The notes: a model not told the origin generated them from the letters alone. A DNA stretch of 64,000 bases from Mytilus californianus (GCF_021869535.1 NW_026262734.1:15438001-15502000), one strand, 5' to 3'; positions 40,601-64,000 are shown, counted from the stretch's first letter. Made by a program: numbers and translations.

Positions 40601-42185
40601 CTCCTTTAGCTGCATTCAAGGCTTACAAAAGTTTTATCAGAGTTACAAGAGGAAAAACAGATGAATAAATGTTTACTGGAAAACCAACAAGTGTGGCAGA
40701 AAAAAGTTCAGAATCTAGAATCTCAAGTCAAAGATCTAACATGTACAAAGGAAAAGGTACAAATTTGCAGTTAAAAACAAATATTTATATTATAATGTTA
40801 TCTAAATGTTCCGTTTTAATTGAAGAACATCAGATATATTACTGTTCATTTTTTTGGCAAAAAATTATAGTGGGGTCTGCATTAATAACCTGTGAGTTTT
40901 AGAATTGAGACATTTAAAAGATGTTTAAAAAGATGTTCAAAAAAAAATGAATGAAAGGAAACAAAAATGTATGTCTGCTATTTTTAACTTTCAGCATATG
41001 CAAAAAAAAAAAATTTACTTAAGGAAATGATATTTATGATTATAACAAAATTCTTTAAAACTAAATAATTACATTACATGTATGTTTTTTTATAATACTT
41101 TATTTTGATTGGCTAACAGCAATCTTGCGACATTCTGAAATTAACCTTCATTTCAAAATTTCGAGCTTCCACAATAAAGTGCACAGGTTAATAAAGAAAA
41201 ACTTGCATTTGATAGATTTCGTGATCCTTGCATAAAAATGTAATTATAAATATTGAATTGCGCTTCAGCACTTCATACAAAATGTACTTCAGTCAACACT
41301 TTTACACCCCAATAAATTTACAAAAAGAAGCCTTCAATTCTTAAATATATCACTGGTTAAAAATGGCTTATTTGAGATGTCATATGACATAACCTTATTT
41401 ATACATAACGTTAGTGTCTGAATTATAGTAAATTTGTTGTGGCTATGGAAGATTTTCAAAGTAGATTATATCCCATGTACCAGAATAGAATTTAATCAAA
41501 TGTATTTTTTTATGTTCCATGATGGATTGGCAAAGTATCTTCCATCTCCAATTATAAATGCATTATAAGTAAGTCTGATAGGTTAGTTCAGCATGACTTG
41601 GGTCACTTTTCTGGACGTCGCTATTAAGAAAAAAATTAATAAATAAATTAACAGTAAATCAAGCAAACATCACTTTTAAAAACAGAATAGACATATCTCA
41701 TAATACCTGTGCATTACATAGGTAGACCATAGATATGATCTGCAAATACAAAAAAATATGACATAAATCATCTTTATGAACAAACATACATTTGTACGTA
41801 TACATTGACAGTTAGGGTTAAGCTAAAGTGAAATGAAAGGGTATTGTACCAATAATTTTTTTTTCTAAAATCAGTTTGCTGCCTTAGTGGCAGATTATCC
41901 ACATTTTCCTTTATTCATATTTATAGATAGTGTCTTCTTTATTGAGAAAAATCACTAATTAAAGCACATATGTTTATGACTGATTTAATTGTAATTATAT
42001 TACAGGAAATAAATGAGTTGAGAGAACAGTTACGAGATGTCATGTTTTACTTAGAAGCTCAACAAAAATTATCTAGTGCTACAGAAATATCACAAGAAGA
42101 AATACAAGACGGTAAAGTAATAGTTGGTGCTTCTGGTAATACACCATCACCCATATCTAGACGAGGAAGGAAAAAAGATAGATAA
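22631..42185 (+). CDS. BRAP: BRCA1-associated protein (BRAP2/IMP/RNF52): RING E3 ligase with ZnF-UBP domain and coiled coil, about 603 aa
   Basis: Exons 22631-22712, 25098-25268, 26907-27156, 29508-29618, 30173-30251, 31504-31617, 32438-32503, 33032-33114, 33705-33780, 35973-36040, 36285-36465, 37460-37549, 38318-38431, 40610-40756, 42006-42185 (1812 nt, in frame). Diagnostic peptides: [132 protein letters not shown]. Confidence 0.97.
22878..23098. mobile_element. MITE with long imperfect TIRs in BRAP intron 1
   Basis: AGGCCCCTTCACAGTTAG..GCCATGTTGAATAGGGGCAGATTTT pairs with AAAATCTGCCCCCTATTCAATATGGCC..CTAACCGTGAAGTAGCCT. Confidence 0.65.
24345..25139 (+). repeat. 66 bp minisatellite, 12 copies; each copy is a 3' splice site plus the first 40 nt of BRAP coding exon 2
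   Basis: Unit CATCAGACCTCCATACTGCTAACATA(C/G)AATCTAGGGATAGaattcaatctgatatttgtatttcag. Exon starts at 24366, 24432, 24498, 24564, 24630, 24696, 24768, 24834, 24900, 24966, 25032 and 25098. Confidence 0.95.
26220..26419. mobile_element. Tc1/mariner-type MITE, 200 bp
   Basis: TA|CTGTGGATTCATT ... AATGAATCCACAG|TA. Confidence 0.85.
27415..27650 (+). mobile_element. Degenerate tRNA-derived SINE
   Basis: B-box GGTTCGAACC at 27466-27475, followed by a core GGTCAAACCAAAAACT..GCTGCTTCTCTGCTAAG..AGGAGTAAGAGCAAAGA resembling mollusc core-SINEs. The family needs a Dfam/Repbase search. Confidence 0.55.
27813..28851. mobile_element. Foldback MITE, about 1.04 kb, with arrays of AA(A/C)TCGCCCCACTT subterminal motifs
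   Basis: Left arm GACAAATCGCCCCACTGGCAAATCG is mirrored by the right arm CGATTTGCCAGTGGGGCGATTTGTC. Flanking direct repeat TTCATTTATTC at 27802-27812 and 28849-28859 (8-11 bp TSD, MULE- or hAT-like). Confidence 0.8.
29373..29570 (+). repeat. 100 bp tandem duplication of the BRAP exon 4 acceptor and exon start
   Basis: aatgttttatttattttatag|TCA(A/G)AT(A/T)ACATCCCTGAAGTCTGGAGTAC occurs at both 29408 and 29508. Confidence 0.9.
29628..30035 (+). mobile_element. Short HINE-like element
   Basis: 5' AAGTCCC..GGGGACTT inverted repeat, a (GTCT/GTCC)n microsatellite, and a 3' GGGGACTA subterminal IR. Confidence 0.55.
30728..31275. mobile_element. Second palindrome-headed element (GAGGGCTTTGCCC centre)
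   Basis: Arms GGGAGATATGAAGATTTGTTCACCC and GGGTGAGCAAATCTTCATATCTCCC at about 30746-30854. Same architecture as the 16263 element, different sequence. Confidence 0.5.
31925..32332 (+). mobile_element. Short HINE-like element
   Basis: 5' TTATACTCCGC..GGGGCATTAA, GTCT/GTCC microsatellite, an internal duplication of about 150 bp, and a 3' GCGGGGTAATAA..TGTCCCATGGACA hairpin. Confidence 0.5.
33078..33235 (+). repeat. 62 bp duplication (plus a degenerate third copy) of the BRAP RING-exon end and donor
   Basis: CCATAT(G/C)AAATGTTTGGC..TGGGGTGATAC(A/C)AG|GTAAGATTT ends at 33114 and again at 33176. Confidence 0.85.
34024..35273 (+). mobile_element. HINE/Helentron-like element (TTAGCTCAC family)
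   Basis: 5' TTTTTAGCTCACTTGGCGTCCGTC plus (CGTC)n; internal duplication of about 480 bp; 3' AGGTGAGCGACACAGGCTCCTTAGAGCCTCTAGTT. The termini match the element at 52116-53990. Confidence 0.8.
39089..40074 (+). mobile_element. HINE-like element (TTGTCTCGCC family) with internal tandem repeats of about 165-180 bp
   Basis: 5' TTTTGTCTCGCCTTGACGGAGTCAAAAAGCGAGACA; 3' AAGGCGAGACATATCTCTGTGATAACAG. A near-collinear copy lies at 62237-63214. Confidence 0.8.
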
Positions 42186-44595
42186 TTGTTAATTTTACCT
42201 TGTTTTTTATTGTTTATTTATATTTGTTGTAATAAGGGAGCATTGGAATAGTAATTGCTTGTTGTAAATTGTTAAATTTCTATATTTTAAAACAAAGACG
42301 TCAGGTGAAAGGTGAAACTTGTTAGGATGAAGGTGAAAGTTCTGGTATTACACTGAGAGCATAATAATTACTTAGTATTTAAGTATTAGAACAATTGCTT
42401 TTATTCTTTACACATTTTACAGACTAAATCTAATTATAAATCACAATGGAATTCTTTACAGACTCTTTGTCTATTTCTTGCTTATGAATATTTTACTGAT
42501 CCAATAATCAACCATTGTACAAAGATGCAATAAAAAGATATTTTCCAATATCTGTCATTGTTCACATTAATGCAACTGTGTAGTAGATAAATAAGCAGGA
42601 AATTAATTAATTGTAGACTATCATTATCGCATTTTCAGAAAATGCACTAGAAATATTGATTTTCTATTGACAGTTATTTGTATTCTAAATTGTTGATTGC
42701 AATTCATGCTTTATAGCTTAAATTAAGCTGTTGCATTATTCACTATCATACATTTTGAAACATAATAAATATGATTTTTGATAATTTGTTTTTAAAATAC
42801 GTGCCAAAACAGTCCAATTATTATATTGTGATATCAAAATATCAGAAACTTTAATGGTATAATTTTATTATTTTCCTGTCTTTAGAGCTTTGAAAATGTA
42901 AATAGTATTATTAATTTTGTACACAGAACATTAGTCGTCATCATATTTTTAATCAGTAGAATTTTTTGTAATGCTATGTTAAAATGTCTACTTTTTAATT
43001 TAATATCAATTCATGCCTACTGTTTTCAATGAAGCTGACCTTTTTATCATACAACATGTAAACATTGGATTTTTCTCAAGCCTGAATTGTCTACAATTTC
43101 CAGTATCTTGCTGTATTTTAGCATCAATATGGATTTAATAACACATTTGAAAATTTGAAAAAAAAATGGCTATGTACAAGTTATGGCAATTGTTGTGATA
43201 CAGTATAATTTTTTGCAAGAGGGTTAATCTGTTCCTTTGTAAATCTGTAAAGCTTATTGTTAAAAGATAGAATTAGTTTGTACAGGTTATCAAAACAGAT
43301 TTAGAATTATTGTTACCATATTTGTTGCTCTACTCTGTGTATGTTATGTATACAATATTTGACCATTATAACCAGAATGAAACACAACTAGTTACTAATA
43401 TGATCAGAAAATTCTTTAATTTTGATTAATTTAATGCAAAACCAAAGTTTGTTGCATATTATTATCAGAATTTAAATGATGTTTAACTTATGTGACTTAT
43501 TCAACCTAAGCACTGTCAAGTTTTAAAATCTAAATGCATTAAAATCAAAGGAAAAACAGAGAGGGGCTCACCATCTAAAATTTAAATGCGTTAAAATCAA
43601 AGGAAAAACAGAGAGGGGGGCTCACCCATCTGGCAAAAAAAAAAATTTTGTAGTTTTATTTTTTGACAGCCAGTGCAACCTGAATTTTCTCTTCCTTTAT
43701 AGCCAAAAAATTGTGTTCTTTTAATAGTTCTTTTTTATTTTTGACTCCGAGTGCCCACCTTTATTTTTCTTTGGGGTCACTTCAGGCACAATATTTAAAA
43801 ATTCATGGGATCTCTGTCATAAAACTTGTGCTTGAAACACGAAATCCAGCATTTTGATTGGTTGATTTTTGAATCTGAGTACGATAATCATGCTGGAAAT
43901 GTTTTTGACTGTAAGGCTGGATCTGCCTCTGAAAAATGTTCTTTCATGTTCAACCTCATAAGTTAACTGCTTTTAATAACATGAATCAGCAGAATACATT
44001 TCATTTCACTTAAGAAAATGTTAAACAAACAACAATCAAACATTCAACTTTAAGAAAACAACAACAGACCTTCATTGCATACTGTTTTATTTGATAGTCT
44101 GACTGGTATGACAGGTACTTGAGGAATGAGTTATGAGATATGTGTATTTATGCTAAAAATGTCAAGTGCAATTCATCTGTGATAAAATATCATGTACAAA
44201 ATAAAAATATTTGAAAAAAACTTACTTGATTTGTTTTTAAACAACCTGAATCACAGGATCATGTTAGCCTTCTTGTTGCTTGGTATCTATTGTCCATAGG
44301 AAAATATTTTTTTTAAAAACTTAAAACTCTGAAACTGCTGTTCCAATTGGGTTCAAACTTCAACTGATTCATCAGTATTAGTAGATGAGACAAAAAAAAA
44401 AATTCTATGACAATCCCTATTAATAAGGGCATATAATACTGATACAGGGAAGGTTATAACATCAAAGTCAAAATACAACATTCTGGGAAAAGATGTATCT
44501 TTCACTGATTTTAATAGTTAATTTGAAAACAAGTACATAAATCACTGGTTTTATGTAACAGGACATCAAGCTTAGTTATGCAAGAATATTTTTTG

Positions 44596-46560
44596 TACAA
44601 TTTTTGTCTCGCCTGCAAAGAAAGTCTCAGAATGCGAGACATAGGGATTACAATCTGGCTGCATTATAATCTATTTGTATTTAGCTTTTTATTTCAGAAG
44701 GTAGAAGACAGGATGCTTCATACCTTCTTCATACCTTATATACAGATACCTTATGTTTCCATCTGTCATATATGTCCATTGTCCTTGACCTCATTTTCAT
44801 GGTTAGGGGACGACCATTTGATATTCTGGGGGGGGGGGGGCCAGGAGGATTTTGAAAATAAATAACTCAGCCTTGATAATCACAAAAATAAATGGTTTGT
44901 TCTGTGGTAGTTTGAAAATAAATTACCTGACTTGCAATGTATTGAAAATAAATAACTCAGCAGGTCTAATCGAAAGTATGAGATGGCACCAGATTCTTCA
45001 TAAATTCATCTTTTTTCCAAAAAAAAAATCGGGAAACACTTCCCATATCTTTTAATAATAAAAGTATAAATATTATTTAAATATACTTGAAATGTCAGAA
45101 AATTGGTTTCATTTAACTTGAGGTTAATTGTCTCAGGAACACTTACCTCACTTTTATTAAATCAGGGCCGTAACTACATTGAGACAAATGCCTCATGTAG
45201 GAAATTTCAAAACCAAACGCTTGTCTCCATATCAAATTGTGTTCACCGTGAGTGCCTTGCAAGAAGCAAGTTCTGTTCTCCCTCAGATGTAGCCCCTGAT
45301 TTTTCGGGATCAATGTTTCTTATTTATTTGTCTTTTGTTCATTGATTGCCCTTCTGTATTCTGTTAGTGTTGCATTCATTTTGTAATTTAGTAATTTTAT
45401 TATTAACTTGATCATGAGTTTAAAAAAACACAGCAGCCACAGACTTAACTATGTGAATTACATTTTTGCTTTATCATGCATATTTGTCTTTTGATGTTGT
45501 CCCTAGAAACTTAAGTCTAACACTGAATCTATAACGTGATTTTGCTTTGAGACCAAAATATTGTCATAAAATTATTAAAACAGAACTTGCATTTTCAGTT
45601 TAAGAAAGGGTCTGGGGAACACCCAGAAGGCATGATTTTGCATCATTTGTTCTATAGCTTCTTGGGCCTTCAGCTGTTCAAAAACCCTACAAAAATTTTT
45701 TTACCTCGTTCTGCTCGGCAAAACATGTGTGCCAATACTTTTAAAAGAGCCTTAGTTACAACCAAACTTTAATACTGTGTATGTATGCAATACATGTATA
45801 TGCATTGGGGAATATAGAAGATTCATTTCTGCAGAGGATAATAATTAATTCTGATTAAATGGTACATAATGACTTGACTATACATGAATTATTTATAATA
45901 AACAAATAATTTAAAAATTGTATGTTTTCGAATATTATAAATATAGTTGTGAAAATAAATAATCAGTCCCTTGCTTTAATGAAAATGAAAAATCTTGCTT
46001 CAATAGTGCAGAAAATAGATAATCTGTCCTCTTAGGTTACAAAAATAAATAACCGATCCAAAACAAATCCTCCTGGCCCCCCCCCCCCCCCAGAATATCA
46101 AATGGTCGTCCCCTTAAGTGACTGCTTGAAAATTAATTAGTTTTTTTGTCAGGTGTAATATTAATTAAGAGTAATAGGATAACTATATTTTGTATATGGC
46201 TTCCTTGCAACATCTACATATTCGTCAGGTAGGGTTCACCTTACCTCAACCTCATCTTATGGATCTGTGATCAGGGTTAAAGTTAATGGTCAAGTCCATA
46301 TCTCAGATACTATAAGCATTTGGTCAACTTTATTCGGTGTATGGAATGATTGTAAGGTGTACATGTCTGTCTGGCAAGGTTCATATGACCTTGACCTCAT
46401 TTCCATGGTTCATTGGTCAATATTAAGATTTGTGGTTTATTCTGTGCCTCAGGTACTATTAGTGATAGGATCACAATATTTGGTGAAGGGAATGATTGTC
46501 AGGTGTACATGTCGGTCTGGCATGGTTCATCTTACAGTGACTTCATTTTCATAGAACAAT
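44596..46560 (+). mobile_element. Degenerate HINE-like element interrupted by a Harbinger-type MITE
   Basis: 5' TTTTGTCTCGCCTGC..GCGAGACATAGG. The GACCTTGACCTCATTT(T/C)CATGGTT motif occurs on both sides of the 44806-46113 insertion. Confidence 0.5.
44806..46113. mobile_element. PIF/Harbinger-type MITE, 1.3 kb
   Basis: TIRs of about 45 bp, GGGGACGACCATTTGATATTCTG(G)nCCAGGAGGATT and its reverse complement. TTA flanks both ends, consistent with a 3 bp TWA TSD. Confidence 0.8.
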
Positions 46561-46608
46561 GATGTTTAGTTTATGTGATACTTGTAGTAAGATCTTCATA
46601 TTACAGAC

Positions 46609-47270
46609 TTGTGTTACCTCGACGAAGTGGCTTAGGCGAGACTTAGTGAGGTGTTCTGTTTCTGTCTGCCTCATCAATTTGTTAAACTTTGTGATCAGGT
46701 CAGCTTAAGGGAAACAACTCATGGTAAGTCAATGATATTTGGAAACTATTGTATTAGCATTGGCACATCTCATTTCAATGAAGATAACTTGGCCCATACC
46801 CTCAGTCATGGGCTATTGACTTGAACCTTTTGCTTATTTTAAATGTTAGTGTGTGTGAATAGGTGTGTTTGAGGGGAACCACTAATGTCAGTCAATGTAT
46901 AGTACAGTATGATTAAGTTCACCTGCATGAGCACATCTCATATCCATGCAGATTAATTGGCCCAGCCATCCTCAGTCATGCATGGTCTATTGACTTTGAA
47001 ACTTTTGCATAGTTTACATATTAAAGTGTGATTAGGTCAGTTTTTGGGGAACCTCTAATAGTAAGTCAATGACATTTGGTATTTAGTTGTAATTAGTAAT
47101 AGCACATCTCATTTCCATGGCGATTATATGGCCCCGTCCCATTGGTCATGGTTCATTGACTTTGGAATTTTTTAATAGTTAACAAATTAAAGTTTGTGAT
47201 TAGGTCAGTAAAGGGGAGGAAGTCAATGGATAGTCAGCTGTATGAGCATTGGTACTTCTCATTACCATAA
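46609..47270 (+). mobile_element. Truncated, degenerate relative of the 39089/62237 HINE family
   Basis: Same internal repeat (tgtgattaggtcag..gtcaatgatatttgg..gcacatctcatttccatgg..attgactttgaaac). It breaks off at the start of the 66 bp satellite. Confidence 0.65.
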
Positions 47271-48900
47271 TGTACCCTTTATAAAATTCATGGCTAGAAA
47301 AGCGGGATGTTCTATATCAGATATGTATTACCATAATGTACCCTTTATAAAATTCATGGCTAAAAAAGCGGGATGTTCTATATCAGATATGTATTACCAT
47401 AATGTACCCTTTATAAAGTTCATGGCTAGGAAACAGGATGTTCTATATCAGATATGTATTACCTTAATGTACCCTTTATAAGTTCATGGCTTGCAAACCG
47501 GGATGTTCTATATCAGATATGTATTACCATAATGTACCCTTTATAAAGTTCATGGCTAGCAAACCAGGATGTTCTATATCAGATATGTATTACCATAATG
47601 TACCCTTTATAAAGTTCATGGCTAGCAAACCGGGATGTTCTATATCAGATATGTATTACCATAATGTACCCTTTATAAAGTTCATGGCTAGCAAACCGGG
47701 ATGTTCTATATCAGATATGTATTACCATAATGTACCCTTTATAAAGTTTTTGGCTAGCAAACCGGGATGTTCTATATCAGATATGTATTACCATGTTGCA
47801 CCCTTTCTGAAGTTCATGGCTTGCAAACCTGGATGTTCTATATCAGATATGTATTACCATGTTGCACCCTTTATGAAGTTCATGGCTTGCAAACCGGGAT
47901 GTTCTATATCAGATATGTATTACCATAATGTACCCTTTATAAAGTTCATGGCTTGCAAACCGGGATGTTCTATATCAGATATGTATTACCATAATGTACC
48001 CTTTATAAAATTCATGGCTAGTAAAGCAGGATGTTCTATATCAGATATGTATTACCATAATGTACCCTTTATGAAGTTCATGGCTTGCAAACCGGGATGT
48101 TCTATATCAGATATGTATTACCATAATGTACCCTTTATAAAGTTCATGGCTTGCAAACCGGGATGTTCTATATCAGATATGTATTACCATAATGTACCCT
48201 TTATAAAATTCATGGCTAGAAAAGCGGGATGTTCTATATCAGATATGTATTACCATAATGTACCCTTTATGAAGTTCATGGCTTGCAAACCGGGATGTTC
48301 TATATCAGATATGTATTACCATAATGTACCCTTTATAAAGTTCATGGCTAGCAAACCGGGATGTTCTATATCAGATATGTATTACCATAATGTACCCTTT
48401 ATAAAGTTTTTGGCTAGCAAACCGGGATGTTCTATATCAGATATGTATTACCATGTTGCACCCTTTCTGAAGTTCATGGCTTGCAAACCTGGATGTTCTA
48501 TATCAGATATGTATTACCATGTTGCACCCTTTATGAAGTTCATGGCTTGCAAACCGGGATGTTCTATATCAGATATGTATTACCATAATGTACCCTTTAT
48601 AAAGTTCATGGCTTGCAAACCTGGATGTTCTATATCAGATATGTATTGCCATGTTGCACCCTTTATGAAGTTCATGGCTTGCAAACCTGGATGTTCTATA
48701 TCAGATATGTATTACCATGTTGCACCCTTTATAAAATTCATGGCTAGAAAACCGGGATGTTCTATATCAGATATGTATTACCATGTTGTACCCTTTATAA
48801 AATTCATGGCTAGCAAACCAGGATGTCCTATATTATATATTTATAACCATATTGTGCCCTTCACAATATTCATGGCTAGCAAATCCAGCCACACTCTGTA
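47260..48900 (+). repeat. 66 bp minisatellite, about 24-25 copies, carrying a 493-codon open frame (47486-48967)
   Basis: Unit atggct(t/a)gcaaaccgggatgttctatatcagatatgtattaccataatgtaccctttataaagttc. Only one of six frames is stop-free in the unit (MACKPGCSISDMYYHNVPFIKF). No recognisable homology. Confidence 0.9.
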
Positions 48901-50251
48901 TGTGCAGGTCCAAAGTTTAGAGTCTGTTATTGTCATTTTTGTTGCAGTATATCATAATTGTTTTTAGTTTGTTTTGTACATAAATCAGGCAGCAAGTTTT
49001 TTTTTGAACTGTTTTACATTTGTCATTTTGGGGCCTTTTACAGCTTGCTATGCCATATTGGTTTTGCTCATTGTTGACTGCCGTACTGTGACCTCTAGTT
49101 GCTAACCTTTGTCATTTGGTTTCTGGTGGAGAGTTGTTTCATTGGCAATCATACATCTTATTTTTATACTGCATGTCTTCTGTAGCAGATATTTATTCCC
49201 ATAATGTACTCCTTACAAAATTCATTGCTAGAAAGGCTGGGTGTCCTTGATCAATCACTTATTGCCATACAAAATTAATGACCAGAAAACCTAAATGTTC
49301 TATATCCACAATCACAATGCACCTGTTACAAAATACTGAATATCCTATATCATTTGTATTGCCATCAAGTACACCATACATATGATTCATGCCCAGCAAA
49401 CTTGGGTGTTGTATACTGTAATAATGTGACTGGGCGAGTATCACAATAATAACTTGCATTGTGATATCTGATGCATATATCTGTGTGCACCTCGTCCTGA
49501 AATCGCAATAAGTAATCTCGTATTCATGTCCATTCTTTAATTAAATGCTCTGTGGGGCGGAGCTTGATACAACTGCAGAGTGATGGTTGTCGTATACATC
49601 CTTTACAAAACCCATGGCTAGCAAACCTGAATGTCCAACAACTCTTTAGTGGTACATAGATGGAGCAAACCTTAATGTCAAACAACTCTTTAGTGGTACA
49701 TAGATGGCCTTTGGAAGGCAAAATAACTATCCCTATCCAATATATACTTATTTTACAGTGGCAATCTAGTTTACCCTAACCTTCATCCCAAATGGCCTTT
49801 AATACAGGACCTACCTTTTGTTTTTATTGCGTTTGTTCTCGTCCTGAACATGCATGAAATATTTGCCACTGGATGTTAAGCGACCAACAAATTGCTAGCA
49901 AACCTGGATGTCCTATATCATACATTTATTACCATAAACATCACACTCTGATGGATAGTTGTGTCAAAGGCAAGTATACCACATCTCCTTTAATATTTGT
50001 ATACCATTTTAATATGTGTATTTTGTGACCTTGGCCTTCAAGATATGGCCATGGAGTCACTGCCAAGACATGCTACAACTGTGCGAGGTATGATGTATCC
50101 ATGTACTAAGTAACTCACAAGATATGACACCATTATAAATTGAAGGACAGACAGACATGGCAATTTATATGCACTCTTAAAATGTTTGCAGGAGTATAAA
50201 CAAGGACAAATGTATCATAATACAACATACACAAAAATACAGATTGTTTTT

Positions 50252-50257
50252 TTTATT
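50252..50257 (-). terminator. RPL23A polyadenylation signal AATAAA
   Basis: tttatt on plus, about 28 nt downstream of the TAA stop. Confidence 0.7.
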
Positions 50258-50284
50258 TCAGTCCCAAATAAAATGAGGTCCTTT

Positions 50285-61537
<11,253 letters not shown>

Positions 61538-61712
61538 ATTGAACTTAAAAAGGAAGTAACGATGTTCCCACGTGGTCAATATCGCATTTGCGCAAGCGCC
61601 AATTAAAATATATTTCCTTTCGTTCGGAATATTTTGGACTTTTTATTGTTGAGCAAGAAACGTCTAGAAACATTGCAAAATTTTCGCGTACATAGTTGCA
61701 CTTCCGGAAATT
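61538..61712 (-). promoter_or_regulatory. RPL23A promoter with 5'TOP/TCT pyrimidine tract
   Basis: Minus strand reads CTTCCTTTTT at 61556-61547, 19 nt before the ATG, which is typical of ribosomal-protein TOP starts. Also E-box CACGTG at 61569-61574, GCGCAAGCGC nearby, and ETS-like CACTTCCGGAA at about 61700-61710. Confidence 0.75.
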
Positions 61713-62236
61713 TAAAGACTGAATCAGAAGACAATCTACATGAACAAATTATACAGGGTCAAATAGGACGCTTTAAGAACACACAAGCTTAATTCATTTC
61801 GTGGTGAGAAAACCCGGAAATTCTATTTTCAAATTGCTGACCTCAAAGTAAACGCTCATTCAAACAGCTACAACGTCTATTCCTTTTCTTTCACTTTCAA
61901 AATGTCAAATGGTTCACAGCTTAACAAAAATGTAATATGAGGCATGTGTTACCTGTGAAAGGGGTCGAAGTCAGCAAACCTTTAGAATACTTGACGATAT
62001 CCCATTAACAGCAGATTTACATATTTAAAGTTAATATGAGGCAGGTGTTACCTTTGAAAGAGGACGAAGTCCCTATAATTTATTTTCGGAATTCAACCAT
62101 ATTTTAACTTCAGAATCTGTTGAAACAGAAACGGTAATACTGAAACGTTTCCGATGTTGGTCCTGTTGTTAGGGATTTTAGTTGTGACATCATTTTTAAT
62201 GTAAACAAAGAAACGCTATCACCATTCAGGTAAAGG

Positions 62237-63214
62237 TTTTTTTGTCTCGCCTTGACGTTGTCAAAAAGCGAAACATAGGTATGCTGTTTCCGGCGTCGGC
62301 GTCAACAATGTATTAGTTTGTGATTAGGTCTAGTTTATGGTGAACCACTAGTGGTAGGTCAATGATATTTGGTATGCAGTTGTATCAGCATTGGCACATC
62401 CCATTACCATGGAGATTATTTGGCCCTGCCCCCTCAGTCATGGTCTATTTACTTCTAAACTTTGCTTAGTTTACATGTATTAGTTTGTGATTATGTCAGT
62501 TTATGATGAACCACAAGTGGTAGGTCAATGATATTTGGTATGCAGTTGTATAAGCATTGGCATATCTCATTTCCATGGAGATTGTTTAGTCTGGCCCCCT
62601 TGGTCATGGTCTATTGACTCTGAAACTTTTGCTTAGTTTTTATGTATAAGTTTGTGATTAGGTTAGTTTAAGGGGGACCGTTAGTGGTACGCCAATGTTA
62701 ATTGCAGTTGTATAAGCATTAGCACATCTCATTTCCATGGAGAATATTTGGCTCCGCCCCATCAGTCATGGTCTATTGACTTTGAAACTTTTGCTTAGTT
62801 TACATATGTATTAGTTTGTGATTAGGTCCGTTTAAGGTGAACCACTAATGTTAAGCCAATGATATTTTGTATGCAAATGTATTGGCATTTGCAAGTTTCA
62901 TTTCAATGAAAATTATATAACCCCACCCCCTCATTATGGTTCATTGACTTTGAAACTTTTACATAGTTTACAAGTTATTGGTTGTGTTTAGATTTGTTTA
63001 AAGGGAATGACTTATGATAAGTCAATGGTACTTGGTATGCAGTTGTATTAGCATTGGCACATCTGATTTCCATTGTTTAGCCCTGTACCTTCAGTCATGG
63101 TTCATTGACTTTGAATATTTGCATAACTTACATGTTAAAGTATTGCTATTTTAATTTCAACATATGCATTATTAAAATAACAAATAGGCGAGACATATCT
63201 CTGTGTTAACAGTT
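62237..63214 (+). mobile_element. HINE-like element, sister copy of 39089-40074
   Basis: Same termini and the same order of internal repeats. Confidence 0.8.
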
Positions 63215-64000
63215 TATGTTTCATATCAAAGAATTTTTAAAATAAAATTGTTATAATTTATATCTTTAAACAATGAAGATACCAAGTCGGCTTGTTATTC
63301 TTATCAGATACTGAAATCTGAAGTTGATCTGTCAGATCAGGTAAGTTTCTTACATGTCAAGAGAACACATTTTGTTTGCTATAAAATCTTATGTTGAATA
63401 AGCTCCAGACTCATTTTAAAATGTAAGGAATTTATTTTAATTGTTTAACTGGCAGTATTCTTTCGGTAATCAAAAACAACAAATTTGCAGGAAACAGTAT
63501 ATATTTTTCTCAAAGTCTCGTGACAAACGAGACCGGAAGAAAGAAAGAGATTTATGTGCAAATGCGGGGAACTAAAAAAGTTAGACAAAAAAAGTTACTG
63601 ATTTTAAGTTCATAAGTTTTTTTTTTTTTTTTTTTTCTTCAATTTTTTTATTTTCTTACTGTAATTCGGGACTTTGTCCCTATATAAACATTTATTGTAA
63701 AAAAAAAAATTCCCAACATAATTTTTAGTGATTAAAACATAATAATTTATACCTAAAAACAATGAATTTACAAAGTCAGTTTATTACTAATCTTTGTACA
63801 GATACATGTACACAAATCTGCTTGATTGATCTGAGTTGAGTTTACCCAGAGAACTCATTTTGTTTGCCATAAAATAGTATGTTGTTTAAGCTCTAGACTC
63901 CCTCGAAAGGAAAAAAATTTAAATGTTTGTCCTCATAAGTCTGCACCTTTAGTCAATAGTTTAATGCTACAGACTAGACTAGACTATGACATAAAAAGTT

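Overview
AT-rich animal genomic DNA. The repeat content suggests a bivalve, probably Mytilus-like (inference). I reconstructed three spliced genes by eye, with consistent GT-AG boundaries and reading phases. (1) ERCC6L/PICH, minus strand, ATG at 20851, runs off the left edge; its normally single N-terminal TPR appears as six exon-encoded copies. (2) BRAP, plus strand, 22631-42185, 15 coding exons, about 603 aa, head-to-head with ERCC6L. (3) RPL23A, minus strand, 61537-50285, 5 exons, about 169 aa, with a TOP/TCT start. Introns and the intergenic region are full of non-autonomous elements (HINE/Helentron-like, hAT, Tc1/mariner, Harbinger and foldback MITEs, a tRNA-SINE), several nested, plus minisatellites. 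Two signals stand out. One is the six-fold, phase-symmetric TPR cassette array in PICH. The other is five separate tandem duplications that straddle splice sites: a 12-acceptor frame-preserving ladder in BRAP, a 10-acceptor decoy ladder over the PICH Walker A exon, and three smaller cases. Most short ORFs in the supplied track are exon fragments or repeat-derived. No database search was possible, so repeat family names are structural inferences.
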